Part shown: in pieces, positions 26,160 to 39,025 of the stretch
Position numbering within the stretch: position 1 is the first letter of the stretch
Layout: every line of letters begins with the position of its first letter
From: Camelus dromedarius
Lineage: Eukaryota
Length of the DNA stretch: 64,000 bases
Direction of reading: 5' to 3'
Assembly: GCF_036321535.1 (NCBI RefSeq)
Contig: NC_087472.1
Coordinates: 93,126,001-93,190,000 of the forward strand
Program-made: the position numbers and the translations under genes
The notes under the pieces: generated by a model
Database searches by the model: none
What the model saw: the letters and a program-made list of their open reading frames with translations, nothing else
Told to the model about the DNA's origin: nothing

Positions 26160-28456
26160 AGGTAAAGGGCATCTATGAAAACCCCACAGCTAACATCATA
26201 CTTAATTGTGAAAGACGGAATGCCCTTTACCTAAGATCAGATACAAAACAACGATGTTTGCTCTCATCATTTCTATTCAACTGTGCACTGGAGATTCTAG
26301 CTAATGCAATAAGGTGAAACAAAACAAAGCAAAAAAATTCAGATTGGAAAGGAAGTAAAGCTGTAAAGTTGTATTTATTCACAAATAACATAACTGTCTA
26401 TGTACAAAGTATTTTCTCTCTGGAGAACCCAAAGGAATTGACAAACTTCTAGAACTAAGAAATGAGAAACGTAAGGTGGCCAGATACAGGATTAAATAAA
26501 AATATCAAGTGTATTTCCATATACTGGTAACAAATAATCCAAAAATGAAATTAAGAAAATGATTCCATTCACAATATCATAAAAATAGATAAAATAAAGA
26601 GGGGAGGGTATAGCTCAAGTGGTAGAGTGCATGCTTAGCATGCACAAGGTCCTGGGTTCAATCCTCACTACCTCCTCCAAGAATAGATAAACCTAATTAC
26701 CACTCCCCCCCCCAAAATGCAAAACCAAACAAACAAACAAAAAACTTCTTATAAAATAGATAAAATAAAGAAATACATTTTAACAAAATAAATGCAAGAT
26801 TTGTAGATGGAAAACCACAAAACATTGCAAAGAGAATTAAAGAATATCTAAATAAATTAAGAGACAGTTAACACTCAAGGATGAGAATATTCACTATGGT
26901 AAAGATGACAGTTCTCCACAAATTGATCTATAAATTCAATGGAATCCTTATTACTATACCAGCAGGAATCATTATAGAAATTGACAAACTGATTCTAAAA
27001 TTATTTTGAGAACGTGAAGGATCCTGAATAGCCAAAGCAATATTGAAAAAGAAGAACAAAGTTGGAGGACTCACGGTCCTCTACTTCAAAACTTACTACA
27101 AAGCTACAGTAATCAAGACTGTGTGGTACTGGTGTAAGGACAGATATATAGACCATTGCAATATAATTGAGAGTTCAGAAATGAATTATTACATTTATGC
27201 CCAGTTGATTTTCACAAAGATACCAGGACAATTCACTGGGGAAGGAAAAATATTTTCAACAAATGGACCTGGTAAAATTGAATGTCTATGTGCCAAAAGT
27301 GAACTTTGACCTTCACATCATGCATAAACATTCATTCAAGATGAAACAGATCTAAATTTCAGAGCTAAAATTATTAAACTTCTAGAAGCAAGCATAGAAA
27401 AAAATTTTGACCTTGAATTAGGTAGAGTTTGTAATATGACACCAAAAGCATGGTCTATAAAAGAAAAACATTGTTAATTGGACTTCATAGAACTCAAAAC
27501 TTTTATGCTTCAAAAGAGACCATTGTGAACCTGAAAAGACAAGCTACAGGCTGGGAGAAAATATTTGTAAATCATACATCTAATAAGGAACTTACATCCA
27601 TATATCCACTCCTAGAACACAATAGTAAGACAAAAAACCCACTTTAAGAATGGACAGAAATATGTACAAAATTTCACCAAAGAATATATATTAATAGTTA
27701 ATAGGCTGATGAAAAGATGCTTATCTTCATTACTCACTAGGGAGATAAAAATTAAAACCACAACACAATGCCACTGCACACCAGCAGAATGTCTGTAGTT
27801 TTATACTACAGGAAGTTTTACACTGCAGACAGAAAAGGACATAAATATAAGCTAGATGGTGCATTGGTGGGTTCTACTTTTTAGAAGGTAGTTTCTAAAA
27901 AGGTTAAACTTGACGTATATCCCAGAAATTGCACTCCTAAGGATCTATCCAAAATAAATGAAAAATGTCTATACAGAGATACGTAAGTAGGTGCTGAAAG
28001 CATTAATCAGAATAGCAAAAACTGGCAAAATTCAAATGTGAATCAACTGGTGAGTGGACAAAGAAAGTGTAGTATATTCATATAATGGAATACTACTCAA
28101 CAATGAAAAGAAACTACTGTTAAATGCAATATGAATGAGCCTCAGGCACATCACACTAAGTGAAAGAAGGCAGATGCAAAAGACTACATACTGTATGATT
28201 CAATTTATATAAGCTGTTTTAAAAAACAAATTTATAGAGATCAAAAACACATCAATAGTTACATAAGACTTGGGGGTGGGAATTGGGGATTAATTGCAAA
28301 TGGGAATGAAGGAAACCTTTGTAGTGACAGAAGTTTCTAACATTTTATGTGGAGGTGGTTATACAGCACTGTTAATTTACTAAAATGATTGAATCATACA
28401 CATAAAATGGGTGGATTTTATAGTATCTAAGCTGTATCTCCTTTAAGTTATTAAAA
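26160..28456 (+). mobile_element. L1ME1-like LINE-1: decayed ORF2 RT-to-end plus 3' UTR
   Basis: ORF fragments KGIYENPTANIILN...LEILANAIR and [10 protein letters not shown]...[16 protein letters not shown] are L1 ORF2. Stops and frameshifts lie between them. The 3' UTR ends at aaaatgggtggattttatagtat...aagttattaaaa. Confidence 0.95.
26601..26752 (+). mobile_element. tRNA-Ala(AGC)-derived SINE (camelid vic-1 type) inserted in L1
   Basis: ggggagggtatagctcaagtggtagag...ttagcat...ggttcaatcc (A and B boxes), C-rich then A-rich tail, perfect 19-bp TSD aaaatagataaaataaaga at 26582-26600 and 26753-26771. Confidence 0.95.
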
Positions 28457-29271
28457 CATAATGGAGACCATTTTGGGCAGCTTTGTAGTAAGTGGCCATG
28501 GATTTTTTCATTACTTTAAGATCATTAGTTTACATAGCTATAAACAAAGGCCAAAGCACTTGAGGGTTTCATAAGAGTAGTTTGAAGGTTTTAGTTAGTT
28601 CATATTTGTATAGAATTTATATTCCTGAATGGCAAGTCCTATTAAGGGATGAAAATCATAGCCCATATTATATTCTCACTTTGGGATATAAAATCTATTT
28701 TCCATTTAATGTTCTTTCTGTAAGCCCTTGTCTGGAGAGTTCTCAAAACTTTTGTGAGAATTGGAACTAATGAAGAGTTACATCTTATTCTTGCTCTGTT
28801 GAGAGATAATACCTTCTCTGAGGAAGAACAAATTGCATTACAAATGTCCTCATTAATTCCTACAACAGACTTGTGCAGAGAAAAATAAAGTATGTCCTTT
28901 AAAACAGATGTACAGCTGTTTCAAAAATCTTGCTTGCTTCTTCGATTGCAGAAGTTGTGTTAATACTGATATTGATGTTGAAATTACAAGGAATTATTTA
29001 ATAATTTTAGTTTGGCAAGTGTTATGTCAGTAAAACTTTTTCTGATATATTTGTACTATTCATAAGATATGTAAAATTTACTAGAAAGTTTGAAAATAGA
29101 CAAATGCAGAAGAAAAGTATTCTTCTTCAAGAAAAACTGTAATTAGAAATGCATTACACTTAATATGAGCAGCCATGTCTTTCTACAAAGAAAGAACAAT
29201 GTAGCTTACTTTTTCTTCTCTCCAAAAATAGTTTTAATTTATTATGATTTTTTCTAGACTTAGAAAAAAAT

Positions 29272-29480
29272 GATTTTAAAATAATAATATCAGAAGGAAA
29301 AATGGATACGTTGAATAGAGAAACAGACAATGGAATCCTCTATCACATTGTTGGCTATCTGGCTACTCTCCTACTAACACAGATTTTCTGTCATTTTATA
29401 AAAGTTGTATATGGCTAACACTTTTTGGCTATAAGGTGTGAACCATCATTATTATTAGATATTCACTATATATCATTTTT
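29272..29480 (+). repeat. Copy 1 of a diverged ~200-bp duplication (copy 2 at ~31042-31260)
   Basis: Colinear similarity, with an exact 35-bp core at 29380-29414 = 31157-31191. Confidence 0.93.
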
Positions 29481-29834
29481 TTTTCCTCCTCCCTCTAGAC
29501 AAAGCCTTTACCTAGGCCTTTCCTAGAACCTGGTTGCATCATTAATTGTACTACTCTGTTCCATCACTCCTACCCCAAAGGGCATGTTGAATCTGAGCCA
29601 TTTTTGCCCCTGCCACTATTCCTATGTATCACGGGAGAGTCTCTGCAAATACTGAATAAATGAGTACAGCTTCCTTCATCCCTTTTAATAATGCTGCAGC
29701 GCCACATCTTTGGCATTGCCAACTGCTGAGTTAACAAAGGGTCTCTCTGACTATGAGATACCCCTAAATGTTATTTGAAAACTAAAATGTCATGAAAATT
29801 GAACAACCCTACTTCTCAAAATATTTCTTTGTGC

Positions 29835-31041
29835 TTTATTTATTTTTAAAGTGAGGTATAATTGACGTAGAACATTGTGTTAGTTTAGTTTCAGGTGTAC
29901 AACATAATGATTCCACATCTGTATACATTGTGAAATGATCACCACAGTAAGTCTAATCAATATCCATCACCTTAAGAGTTACAATTTTTTTTTCTTGTGA
30001 TGAAAACTTTTAAGATTTATTCTCTTAGCAACTTTCAAATGTACAACACAGTATTATTAACTGTGGTCACCATGCTGTACATTACATCCCTGTGACTTAC
30101 TTATTTGATAACTGGAAGTTTGTACCTTTGGACCCCTTTCACCCATTTCTCCCATCTCCTACCCTCTGCTTCTGGCAACCACCAATCTGTTCTCTATACA
30201 TACGAGTTTTTGTTTTTGTTTTTGTTTTTGCTTTAGATATAAGTGATAAAAGTAAGGTCATATGTATTTGTTTTTCTCTGTCTTACTTATTTTACTTAGT
30301 ATAAATATCCTCAAGGTCCATCCATGTCACAAATGTCAAGCTTTTATTCTTTCTTATGGCTGAATAATATTTCATTGTGTATGTGTATATACGTATATAT
30401 CTATATCTATATCTATCTATCTATCTATATATATAGATAGATATGCCACATATTCTTTATCCATTCACCCATCAGTGGACACTTTGATTGTTTCCATATC
30501 TTTGCTACTGTAAATAATACTTCAGTGAACATGGAGGTACATATATCTTTTGAAAGTAGTGTTTTCAATTTTTTTCAGATAAATACCCAGAAGTGGGATA
30601 GTTGGATCATATGGTAGTTCTATTTTTATTTTTTTGAGGAACCTCCATACTGTTTTCCATAATGGCCACATCAGTTTTTTACATTCCCACCAATGGTGCA
30701 GGAGGGTTCCCCCTTCTTTACATCCTTGACAACACTTGTTATTTCTTCTTTTTGATAATAACAATTCTAACAGGTGTGAGGTGATACCTCATTGCAGTCT
30801 TGATTTGCATTTCCCTGATAGTTCATGATGTTGGGCATCTTTTCAAGTACCTGTTGGCCATCTGTCTGTCTTTTTTGGAAAAATGTATATTCAGATCTTT
30901 TGCCCATTTTTTTGTTGATTGTTTTGCTATTGAGTTGTATGAGTTCTTTATAAATTTAGGATATTAATTCCTTATCAGATACATGATTTGTAAATATTTT
31001 CTCCCATTCAGTAGGTTGTCTTTTCATTTTGTTGGTTTGTT
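29835..31041 (-). mobile_element. L1MA9-like LINE-1 3' end, 5'-truncated
   Basis: gaggtataattgac...caggtgtacaacataatgatt...gaaatgatcaccacagtaagtcta; ORF 30522..30764(-) is the ORF2 Cys-rich C-terminus ([10 protein letters not shown]...[10 protein letters not shown]...[13 protein letters not shown]). Confidence 0.95.
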
Positions 31042-31260
31042 GATCTTAAAATATCATTGATTTCAGAAGGAAAAATGAATATTTTGAATAGAGGATTATG
31101 TTCAATCTGGCTTTCTCTATCACATTCTTGGCTATCTAAACATTCTCCTACAAACCCAGATTTTCTGTCATTTTATAAAAGTTGTATATGGTTAAAATTA
31201 GATTTTTGCTGTAAGCTTTAAATCATCATTAAGAATAGATCTTCACTACATATCACTTTT
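31042..31260 (+). repeat. Copy 2 of the diverged ~200-bp duplication
   Basis: Aligns to 29272-29480; shares the exact 35-bp core. Confidence 0.93.
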
Positions 31261-31399
31261 AGTTTCTAGAGTTTTATTTTTAATTGGGTTCATGGAATAC
31301 AGAAATACTACTGCAATTTAAATGATTAGTCAGCCCAATGTCCTTTATTTGACTCACAGAAGGTTTATTAGAGGTGAAAAGACAGATGGTAAATGCAAA

Positions 31400-31820
31400 A
31401 TACATATTCACAACAAACATTTATTTAATGCCTACAATATTTTAGATAAAAGGGCACGGTAAATGAGAAAGGGATTTTGACAGTGGGAAAATGTCACTAT
31501 TTTATATATGGCATAAAGAAATATTTTTCCAAAGTAGTAAAACTTGGATGTAGAAATTAAGAGAGCATAAGCTATGTAGCTATCCAGAGAAAGAGAATTC
31601 TGGGAATGGGAACATCTGAGATAGGAAGGTGATTGCAATGTTTACCAGGAGCAAGCCATTGTAGTTGGAGCAAGATAAGCTGGGGGAGACAAGAGCAGAG
31701 GAGATAACATTGTATTTTAAAAAAAAATCTGTAACAATTGAATGCATGAGTAGCTCATCATTCACAAAATTTAAGTACATACTAATAGCACATGATCCAG
31801 ATTAACAGTTTAGGTTGCCT
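31400..31820 (-). mobile_element. L2 fragment
   Basis: caacaaacatttatttaatgcctac...agagaattctgggaatgggaaca...gcatgatccagatt. Confidence 0.65.
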
Positions 31821-31877
31821 AGCTGGTTGACAGTACATCCTCAAATGTTGTTTGCCAATGTAGAACATAAAGATTTA

Positions 31878-32358
31878 TTATTTATTTTTGACTTTCTTCC
31901 TCTTTAATGTTTTGTCTTAAGATATTTATGAATATAATTTGAATATCATTCAAATACAAGAAATCCTTTCTGCATCATGAACTTTAACTTAACTATCTTG
32001 TGTTCTAGTAGCTCAGACATAATTTTTTTTGTTTTCATATATTTTTTCCATTAAAGGTTATTACAAGATATTGAACATAGTTCCCTTTGCTATACTAAAG
32101 AAACATTTTAAAATCTATTTTTATATATAGTGGCTAACATTTGTAAATCTCAAACTCAAATCTATCCCTTTCCACCCCCGTTCTCCAGTAACCGTAAGAT
32201 TGTTTACTATGTCTGCAAGTCTGTTTCTGTTTTGTAGATGAGATCATAGTGTCTTTTTTCTTTTTTTTTTAAATTCCAGATATGAGTGATATCATATGGT
32301 ATTTTTCTTCTCCTTCTGGCTTACTTCACTTAGAATGACGATCTCTAGGTCCATCCAT
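31878..32358 (-). mobile_element. Young lineage-specific L1 3' fragment (32023-32358) carrying a 3'-transduced unique segment (31890-32022)
   Basis: The L1 part aligns to the copies at 45495 and 59090. A 17-bp TSD tagaacataaagattta at 31861-31877 and 32359-32375 encloses both the L1 and the extra DNA. Confidence 0.9.
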
Positions 32359-32489
32359 TAGAACATAAAGATTTAAATGCTGCAACTGAATTTCCAGGTT
32401 AATCTGGTAGACTACCTCAACACATAATCTCTCACAATATTTAAGGAAATAAACAAAACCTTAAAACCAAAACAAATCATGAATAGTAT

Positions 32490-32782
32490 CACATAAATTA
32501 AGAATCTGATAGGCAAAATGCACTAAGGAGACAATGGTATTCAGCCTTTTGCAATGGGGGGAAGCATTTATTAGAGAGGAACTTCTCAGCAAAGTGGAAG
32601 AAAATCTGGAGTTTTATAAAACAAGGGAGCTGTTAAACAAAGGTGAAGGTAGATCTTGTCTTGGAATGTCAGGGCCGGGTTGGTCCTTTGCAGTTAACCT
32701 TTTCTGGGTCCCCAAAAGGATGGAGGGTTTTTTAAGCATTGCGTTCTAGGAGAACAGGAATCAGGTAAATTTCAGTATTGTC
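32490..32782 (-). mobile_element. ERV1-class LTR fragment (MER90/MER110-like)
   Basis: Minus-strand start gacaatactgaaatttacctgattcctgttctcctagaa resembles the recalled 5' end of this LTR group. Confidence 0.5.
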
Positions 32783-33115
32783 TGGGGCATAATCCAAGAG
32801 TGGTGGCCAAAGAAAGAAAAAGAAAATTCTGGGTCAGCTCCTGGGGGCACAACTTTTACTCCACAAATATACCCCCTATCCCAAAGGAGCTATATATACT
32901 GTTAAATTGAAAAAATATTCTAGGAATTCTCACCAAACTCCCAAATTTGGAAATAGGGAAAGTGACTATTAATTGTTTCTAACATCTGACTATGGACTTA
33001 GAAAAAGGCTCACTGAGGAGAAGAAAGAGAAACACAGACCTGACTCTTTTGAATGGAAATGAAATTTCCAGACCTCATCAAATTGAGAATGGTTTGAGTT
33101 CTGAGGTTTGAGAAC

Positions 33116-33751
33116 TGCAGAAACTCTGAGCGCAGCCCCCTCCATCCAAATCCCCAAACTAAGAGACTTGGCCAACCCTAGCACAGCCTCTAGCAGCCCA
33201 AAGTATTTGCTGGGATGACCCAACCCCCTTTTGAGTTCCACTCTGGGAAATTTCAGGGCTGTCAAAAGAATTTACTGTTTGTTCTAGCCAACACCTAAAG
33301 ATAGGCCCCTGACCTACTTCTCTTAGAGCACTTACTAAAAAGGGCTTGTGATTGTGAATCCTTCCTCTTTCCCTTTGAGATGTATATGTGTCTCCGATAA
33401 CTCAGAAGTCTTTCTCAGTGACCTGAAATTCAATCCTTTGAAATGTAACCCTCAGAAAGGATAGGGCCTCTGTCTCCCAGACTCTGTAGGAGAACAGAAT
33501 CTTTACTTTGATAAGTTCCAGCTAGCAAACAAAGAGGCCTAAGTACATTTTCACTGACAAACCCTTTGTAATTTTTCACTTCCCTGATTCTACATGAGCC
33601 TGCCCCCACCTCCATTTGCTCCCCTTCCCCTCCCTCAATCTCCCTTTAAAACACCCAGTGACCTCTTCACAACTTTCCCCTACGGTCAGTAGTCACTAAA
33701 TACAACATTTTTATTGCTTTAACAAATGTCCAGCTTTGTTTATCTTTGATA
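33116..33751 (+). mobile_element. ERV1-class solo LTR (MER39/MER34 group)
   Basis: aaaagaatttactgtttgttctagccaacacct...tttgaaatgtaa...ctttaac...tgtccagctttgtttatctttga. Confidence 0.8.
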
Positions 33752-34049
33752 GGTTGATTCCTCTATGTCAGTGTCACCAATCTCCAAATAGGAGTGAACC
33801 CTACAAAGGCATTTAACAAACTCTCCCAAGAGTGAACATAGTCTAAAAAATTTTAACATAGACAAGTTACTACCTGAACTGAATTTTTCCTCCTCTTCTA
33901 TGATCTCAAGTCATGGGAACAAGAAGGGGTAAAGGGTAGGGTGGAATGGGAAGGCAGGATACAACCTGTCTTGAAATTCAAGCTGCTCAGAGGGAAACAA
34001 ACATGTCTCTGGCATGGTGAGAACAGAGTTAAGAAGTCATCTGTACAAT

Positions 34050-35380
34050 ATCAGAAAAACACAGATCTAGAGAGAGGTTTCTAAGCACCAACAAGATGAA
34101 AAGAAACAGCATGATAACCACAGGGGGAAAAAAGGAAAGAAAAGGAAGAAAGGAAGGAGGATGATACAAAAGATCAATTACCCAACTTAAAATAAAACAT
34201 AACCCAAGGAAGGGAAGATAATTCCCATGCATGCTTTGCACTCTAAAACAGCATCTATTCAATAAAACTAGAGCTCAAAGATGAGATGATTAAAATGAAG
34301 ATTGCAGATCATAAAAAAAATGTATTGAGGACCAAACAAATACCATTCAGAACAGATAAATTAAGAATAAATATCCTAAAGGGGACAGAATCAAAATGAC
34401 TGAAAATGGAATTACAAATATGGAGGGATGGCTGATAGATTCACAGTCAATGCAGATAAAACTACAAAGAGATTTCAACAATTAAAGAAAAACTAGTAGA
34501 TGTAGAGGGTAGATAACTGTGATTTTAAATAAAATTAATTTGTGTACCAAAGTAGAGAATTCACATCATTAACAAGGATTTAAACATGCAAAAAATGTTT
34601 CCCTGCAGTGGAAGAACAATCCAAAGTTGGAAAAAGCACCATATCCCAGGCAACACATATCTTGGTTAAATTATTGAAATGGAAGCATAAAAAAATAAAT
34701 CTTTAGTCATCTAGACAGAAAAATTAAATTACTTTGAAGAAGAAAAATTCAAACCAGTGGCCACACACTTCTGAAGGAAAATTTAGCTGAAAAATATATT
34801 GCCAGGTATAAGGGATCGTTGTAGTTTCAAGCAGCCATTTCAATCTTAAAAAAAAAAAAACTAAGGGAGTAGAATAGCTGTAAGTGTTCTTGTTTTGTTT
34901 TGTATTTGGGAAGGAAACTAATTTACATCTCATTGCATTATTGAAATTCAGACATTTAAAAAAAAGTAACATGAAGATCCCTGGAAAGCAATTGGTGAAA
35001 TAAATAAAATTATTAAGTCACTTTATAATAGAATTAATACCAAATTGCAATAGTGATAGTTACAGAATAGAATGTTACAGAATAAAAGTTACAAAGCTTG
35101 ATCATGTAAAAATAATAAGAGATTAGAGATGTGTGGGAGACAGTGAGTACTAATATTCTCATCTTTCATAGCAGAAGGTTGATCAGTATTTTCTTAACTG
35201 AAGCTTGGTTAAAAAATACGTTATCTCCAGCCTCTTTCTGTATTCTATGATCTGTTTAGAAGACTCTTTCAGGATATGATAACTCTTATGGAAAAGCATC
35301 ATCTATTTGACATGAAACAGGTTTTCTTTCATATTCAGTTTACTTTTCCTTTAATTTAAAATAAATTTTATCTCATTTAA
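34050..35380 (+). mobile_element. HAL1-like (half-L1) element remnant
   Basis: A-rich ORF1-like segment (acatatcttggttaaattattgaa...ctagacagaaaa) followed by HAL1-like 3' sequence (ctaatattctcatctttcatagca). Confidence 0.6.
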
Positions 35381-37129
35381 AAACAAAAATGGAAAAGAGA
35401 TAGTATCCTGCTACTATGATTAAGACATTACTAAACTGTTCTTGACTGTTTTCACTGGTTTAATCTGGCCCCAGGTGATATTTTCCCCTCTTTTTATTCT
35501 ATTTCTAAATAGTGATGACTAGTTAAAACTACACATGGAATTCATGTGCAAGTTTTAAGGATCAGCAATAAATGTTGTGTGAGAGAGTCATGTAAGTGAT
35601 AATGTGTAAGGGTAAATATGTTTGGGGAATGTAAAATGTGCTGGAAAAAATTTAAGATATAAAAGGACTCTTTGCTCCTAAATTTCAGGTATTTCATGTG
35701 GAATATATGTTATTCAGGTGTGTGTGCCACTTTATAAAATTTAATCAATAAATATAGATAAGTTTTATATTTACCTGCTCTTGAAAAGTTAGCTCCATTA
35801 TATGTTGAATTGAAAGTGTTCCCTTTTATATTACCAACAGTGACAGAGATCATTTCAGTACTCAGTAGTAATGCAGGTGTAATTGAGTTGGTGTGAGTTA
35901 ACTGAATGACTCCTAACAAGTTTATTTGACAGCATCCCTTTACCTTATTTGATTTAGAAATGCATGAGAACCTTGAAGGTACATCTAGGGAAAAAAATCT
36001 TTACAGACTCTATCAATTTCCTCACAATTCTCTTGTCAGTACTAATGTTTGTTTATTTTTTGGTTAAAGTCTTTCATAAGCCATGAGTTAATATGTGACT
36101 GAGCATTTAAAGGAAATTCCAACGTAGTAATACTTTTCCAAAATTTTCTGTGTGTGTGTGTGTACACATACACACATATAATATGGATGAACCATCAGAT
36201 ACTTGGATTCCAAGTCCTATACTCTTCTGACTCTTTTTTATTCAGGATATGAAGAGGAATGAAAATACAAAGTCAGGTTTTGAAACACATGACACCCCTT
36301 ACTAATAAGTAACTGTTTATGGAGATGGAAGTCTGCAATAGAAAGTAAAATGCATTACCCTAGTGAATCTATACATACTTGATTTTAAGCTCGCTTAAAA
36401 ATAAACATGCCTAAATTCAATAGGTATGACTATATTAATTTGTGGCTTTGAGAGGCGATTTGTCCTCAATTTCACACTCATAAATTGTTACTGTGATCAC
36501 ATCATTTCGGGAAAAGTAAAATCAATGCCTATAATGTTAAAACTGGTAATTCAATGAAAATAAGCAGGGCTCGTGGGATGTAGCACACTGTAGACTGAAA
36601 TCAAGAAGCAAAATCTGATAAAAAGAATTTACTGTTCAGAGCTCAAGTGGGCAGCCTGGCAGAGGTTCAGAGTGGTAACATCACTCCAAACCTTTTACTG
36701 TTGGACTGTTAGGAATATGGTGAGAAACAAAAGTAACTTTGTAGTGCAATGCAGTTTTGAGATATTTCTTGTAGAAAAATGGCAAATGAACTTGCCTCTA
36801 ATAGGCAATAGGGAGAAAAGGCAGATTGATATGCTGTGAGGATATTCCATTTATGTGGAAGCACAAGCGATTGTGACATGGATAATTTAAAAGTTCTAGA
36901 AGGAAATTTTGAGACTGATTCTTGCTGGCAGTTATAAAAAGCAAATGATGCCAGTAATTAAGAATAGGGGTGGCATTTACTAGGAAAACTCAAAAACTCA
37001 AACTAGAATCACAATCTAGTCAGCAAAACCTCAAGTTGCATGTAGATTGCAGATTTCTTGCGTTTTTTCAGAGTTAAACAGATTTGGAAGTCAAGATAAT
37101 AGACAAGGACTAATTAAGTTGTCTAGTGT

Positions 37130-37321
37130 CAGAGGTTCTCAAACTTGAACGTGCATCATAATCCCCTGGAAGGCTTGTTAAAATACAGGTTGTTGGGCTC
37201 CATCCTCCAGAGTTTCAAATTCAGTAGGTCTGAGACAGAGGAGTCAGAGAATTTCCATATCTAACAAGTTTCCGGGAAACACTGATGTTGCTGTCTGGGG
37301 GCCACACTTTGAAAACCACTG
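37130..37321 (-). mobile_element. MER5A hAT-Charlie element, full length
   Basis: TIRs cagaggttctcaaact / actttgaaaaccactg; internal cctggaaggcttgttaaaatacag and ttcagtaggtctg. Confidence 0.92.
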
Positions 37322-38779
37322 GCTCAGATCATACTGTGCTGGGAAGAACTGAGGAACACTGACTTTACATCTCTCTTTCTAAATGTTTTAAACTCTCACA
37401 GGGAGATCAGAAAGCCTACAGTCTTTCAAAAATCAGGCAAGAAGTTGTAAATACCCTTTGGTCGAGGCAAACTAAAATCATTCTTTAAAATAGTATTTGG
37501 ACCTTGAGCTTAGCATTTCAAATAGCTCATGTAACCTCATTGTATAGCAATTCTGTTATTAGAATTCACTTTGGAAAAGAAGAATTGGGCCAATTATTAT
37601 CTTTGTCAAAATGGAGTTTCAAAAAGAAAATAATTTGAAGGTTGCTTTTTCCAGAACTGTTATCTAATCACTCAGGGTTTGAGTTATCAATGCCTACTTT
37701 TCCTCATAGATAATTTGACATTAATTTTCAGTGTTTTTTGAATGATTAGTGTGAAAAACTATTAGTTTTACTTATTAAGTATGTTATACAGTCATCTGGT
37801 ATGACATTGCTATTTGCATAATAAGCCATATATTTTTACTTTGCTAAATGTAGAAAATTATGTTTTTATAAGATGCAGTGAAAATTTAGGGAATAAAGTG
37901 TCCCCCACAACCTAAATCCTTCTTTGAAAGATCTGTCTGTAAATGTTTTATATGTTGATGAGGAAACCTGAAGAATTTAGTAACCCATATGAAGTATGCA
38001 GATTTGTGTAATCCTTTAGTTAAATGTATGGTGAGTTTCTGTTAACTAGGATTCTGCAGTGAAAAGTCTTCACACTGAAATGTGTGTCATCACTGAATAA
38101 GACTAATATCTATAGTAAAACCTGGTAAGATAATGGTAGCCAAAAAAGCAAAATAAAATAAAAAGTTAAAAAGCATTAAAACTTTATATGCTCTTACTCA
38201 AAGCAGTTTCTCATTTTTCAAAATTTGCTAGTAGAATGATAAAACATTGTAAAATCCTGTAGTGTTACAGAGAATAAAATAAGAAAGGAGTAATGATAAT
38301 ATTGAAAGCAAACTGTGCACATGATATTAGAGTAGCATGCAGATTAAAGATGGAAGTAGGAGTAGGTAGTGTCTGTAGTAAGTGAAAGACATTCTCCCAT
38401 GCCATAAAATATTAATGTATGCTATCAATATTCCAGGGAATTGAGGCATAAAAAAAAGAACCAAAATTATTCTTCTCAGTAACTGTGGCTGGATGTACAA
38501 ACCACACCTATATTTTCAGATCTGCAAAGGAGAGCATGAGGGAAGGCAAGGAAGTATGACAAGGGAACTCTAGGAAGAGTAATTTTCCTCAGCCGCAAGT
38601 GATAAAAATCTTGCATCAAATGCAAATAAAGGAATACAATAAGCAAATTTATTATCTCACGTAATGTGAATCTCGTAGGTAGGGCCAGCTCAAAGCTTGG
38701 GATGCCAGGGCTCTACATCAATGGTTCAGAGATGCTCTTGGCTTGTTTCCTCTAGTACCGTCAGAGCTGACTGGTACTG

Positions 38780-39025
38780 AAGTGTAGTGTATGTGGAAAC
38801 GTCCTTCTATTAATACCTCTTGGGTGCTTATGTTTGGCTCCTGACTCTGACACTCAGTAAGTGTTTGACACTAGGTAAATTACTTAACTTCTCTGCAACT
38901 CAGATTCCTCTGTTTAAAATTGAAGATGGTGTTCTCATTGGCTTTATACTAGAAAGATATACATGTAAAGTACTTAAAACAGTGACTGTCACATCAATCT
39001 CCACATAATGTTAGCTATCACGATG
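38780..39025 (+). mobile_element. MIR SINE
   Basis: ggtaaattacttaacttctctgcaactcag...tgtaaagtacttaaaacagtg...atgttagctat. Confidence 0.85.

Noticed and set aside
26601..26680. tRNA-Ala(AGC) gene (also 48591-48670)
   Set aside because: It is followed by a SINE body and tail, flanked by TSDs, and has stem-disrupting substitutions. It is a SINE head, not a tRNA gene.
26132..27647. Reverse-transcriptase-like ORFs as a functional gene or novel RT system
   Set aside because: These are short fragments of L1 ORF2 in different frames, separated by stops and interrupted by a SINE.
30375..30445. Self-complementary (TCTA)n/(TA)n/(TAGA)n tract
   Set aside because: An ordinary microsatellite expansion at a TA-rich site within the L1 3' region.
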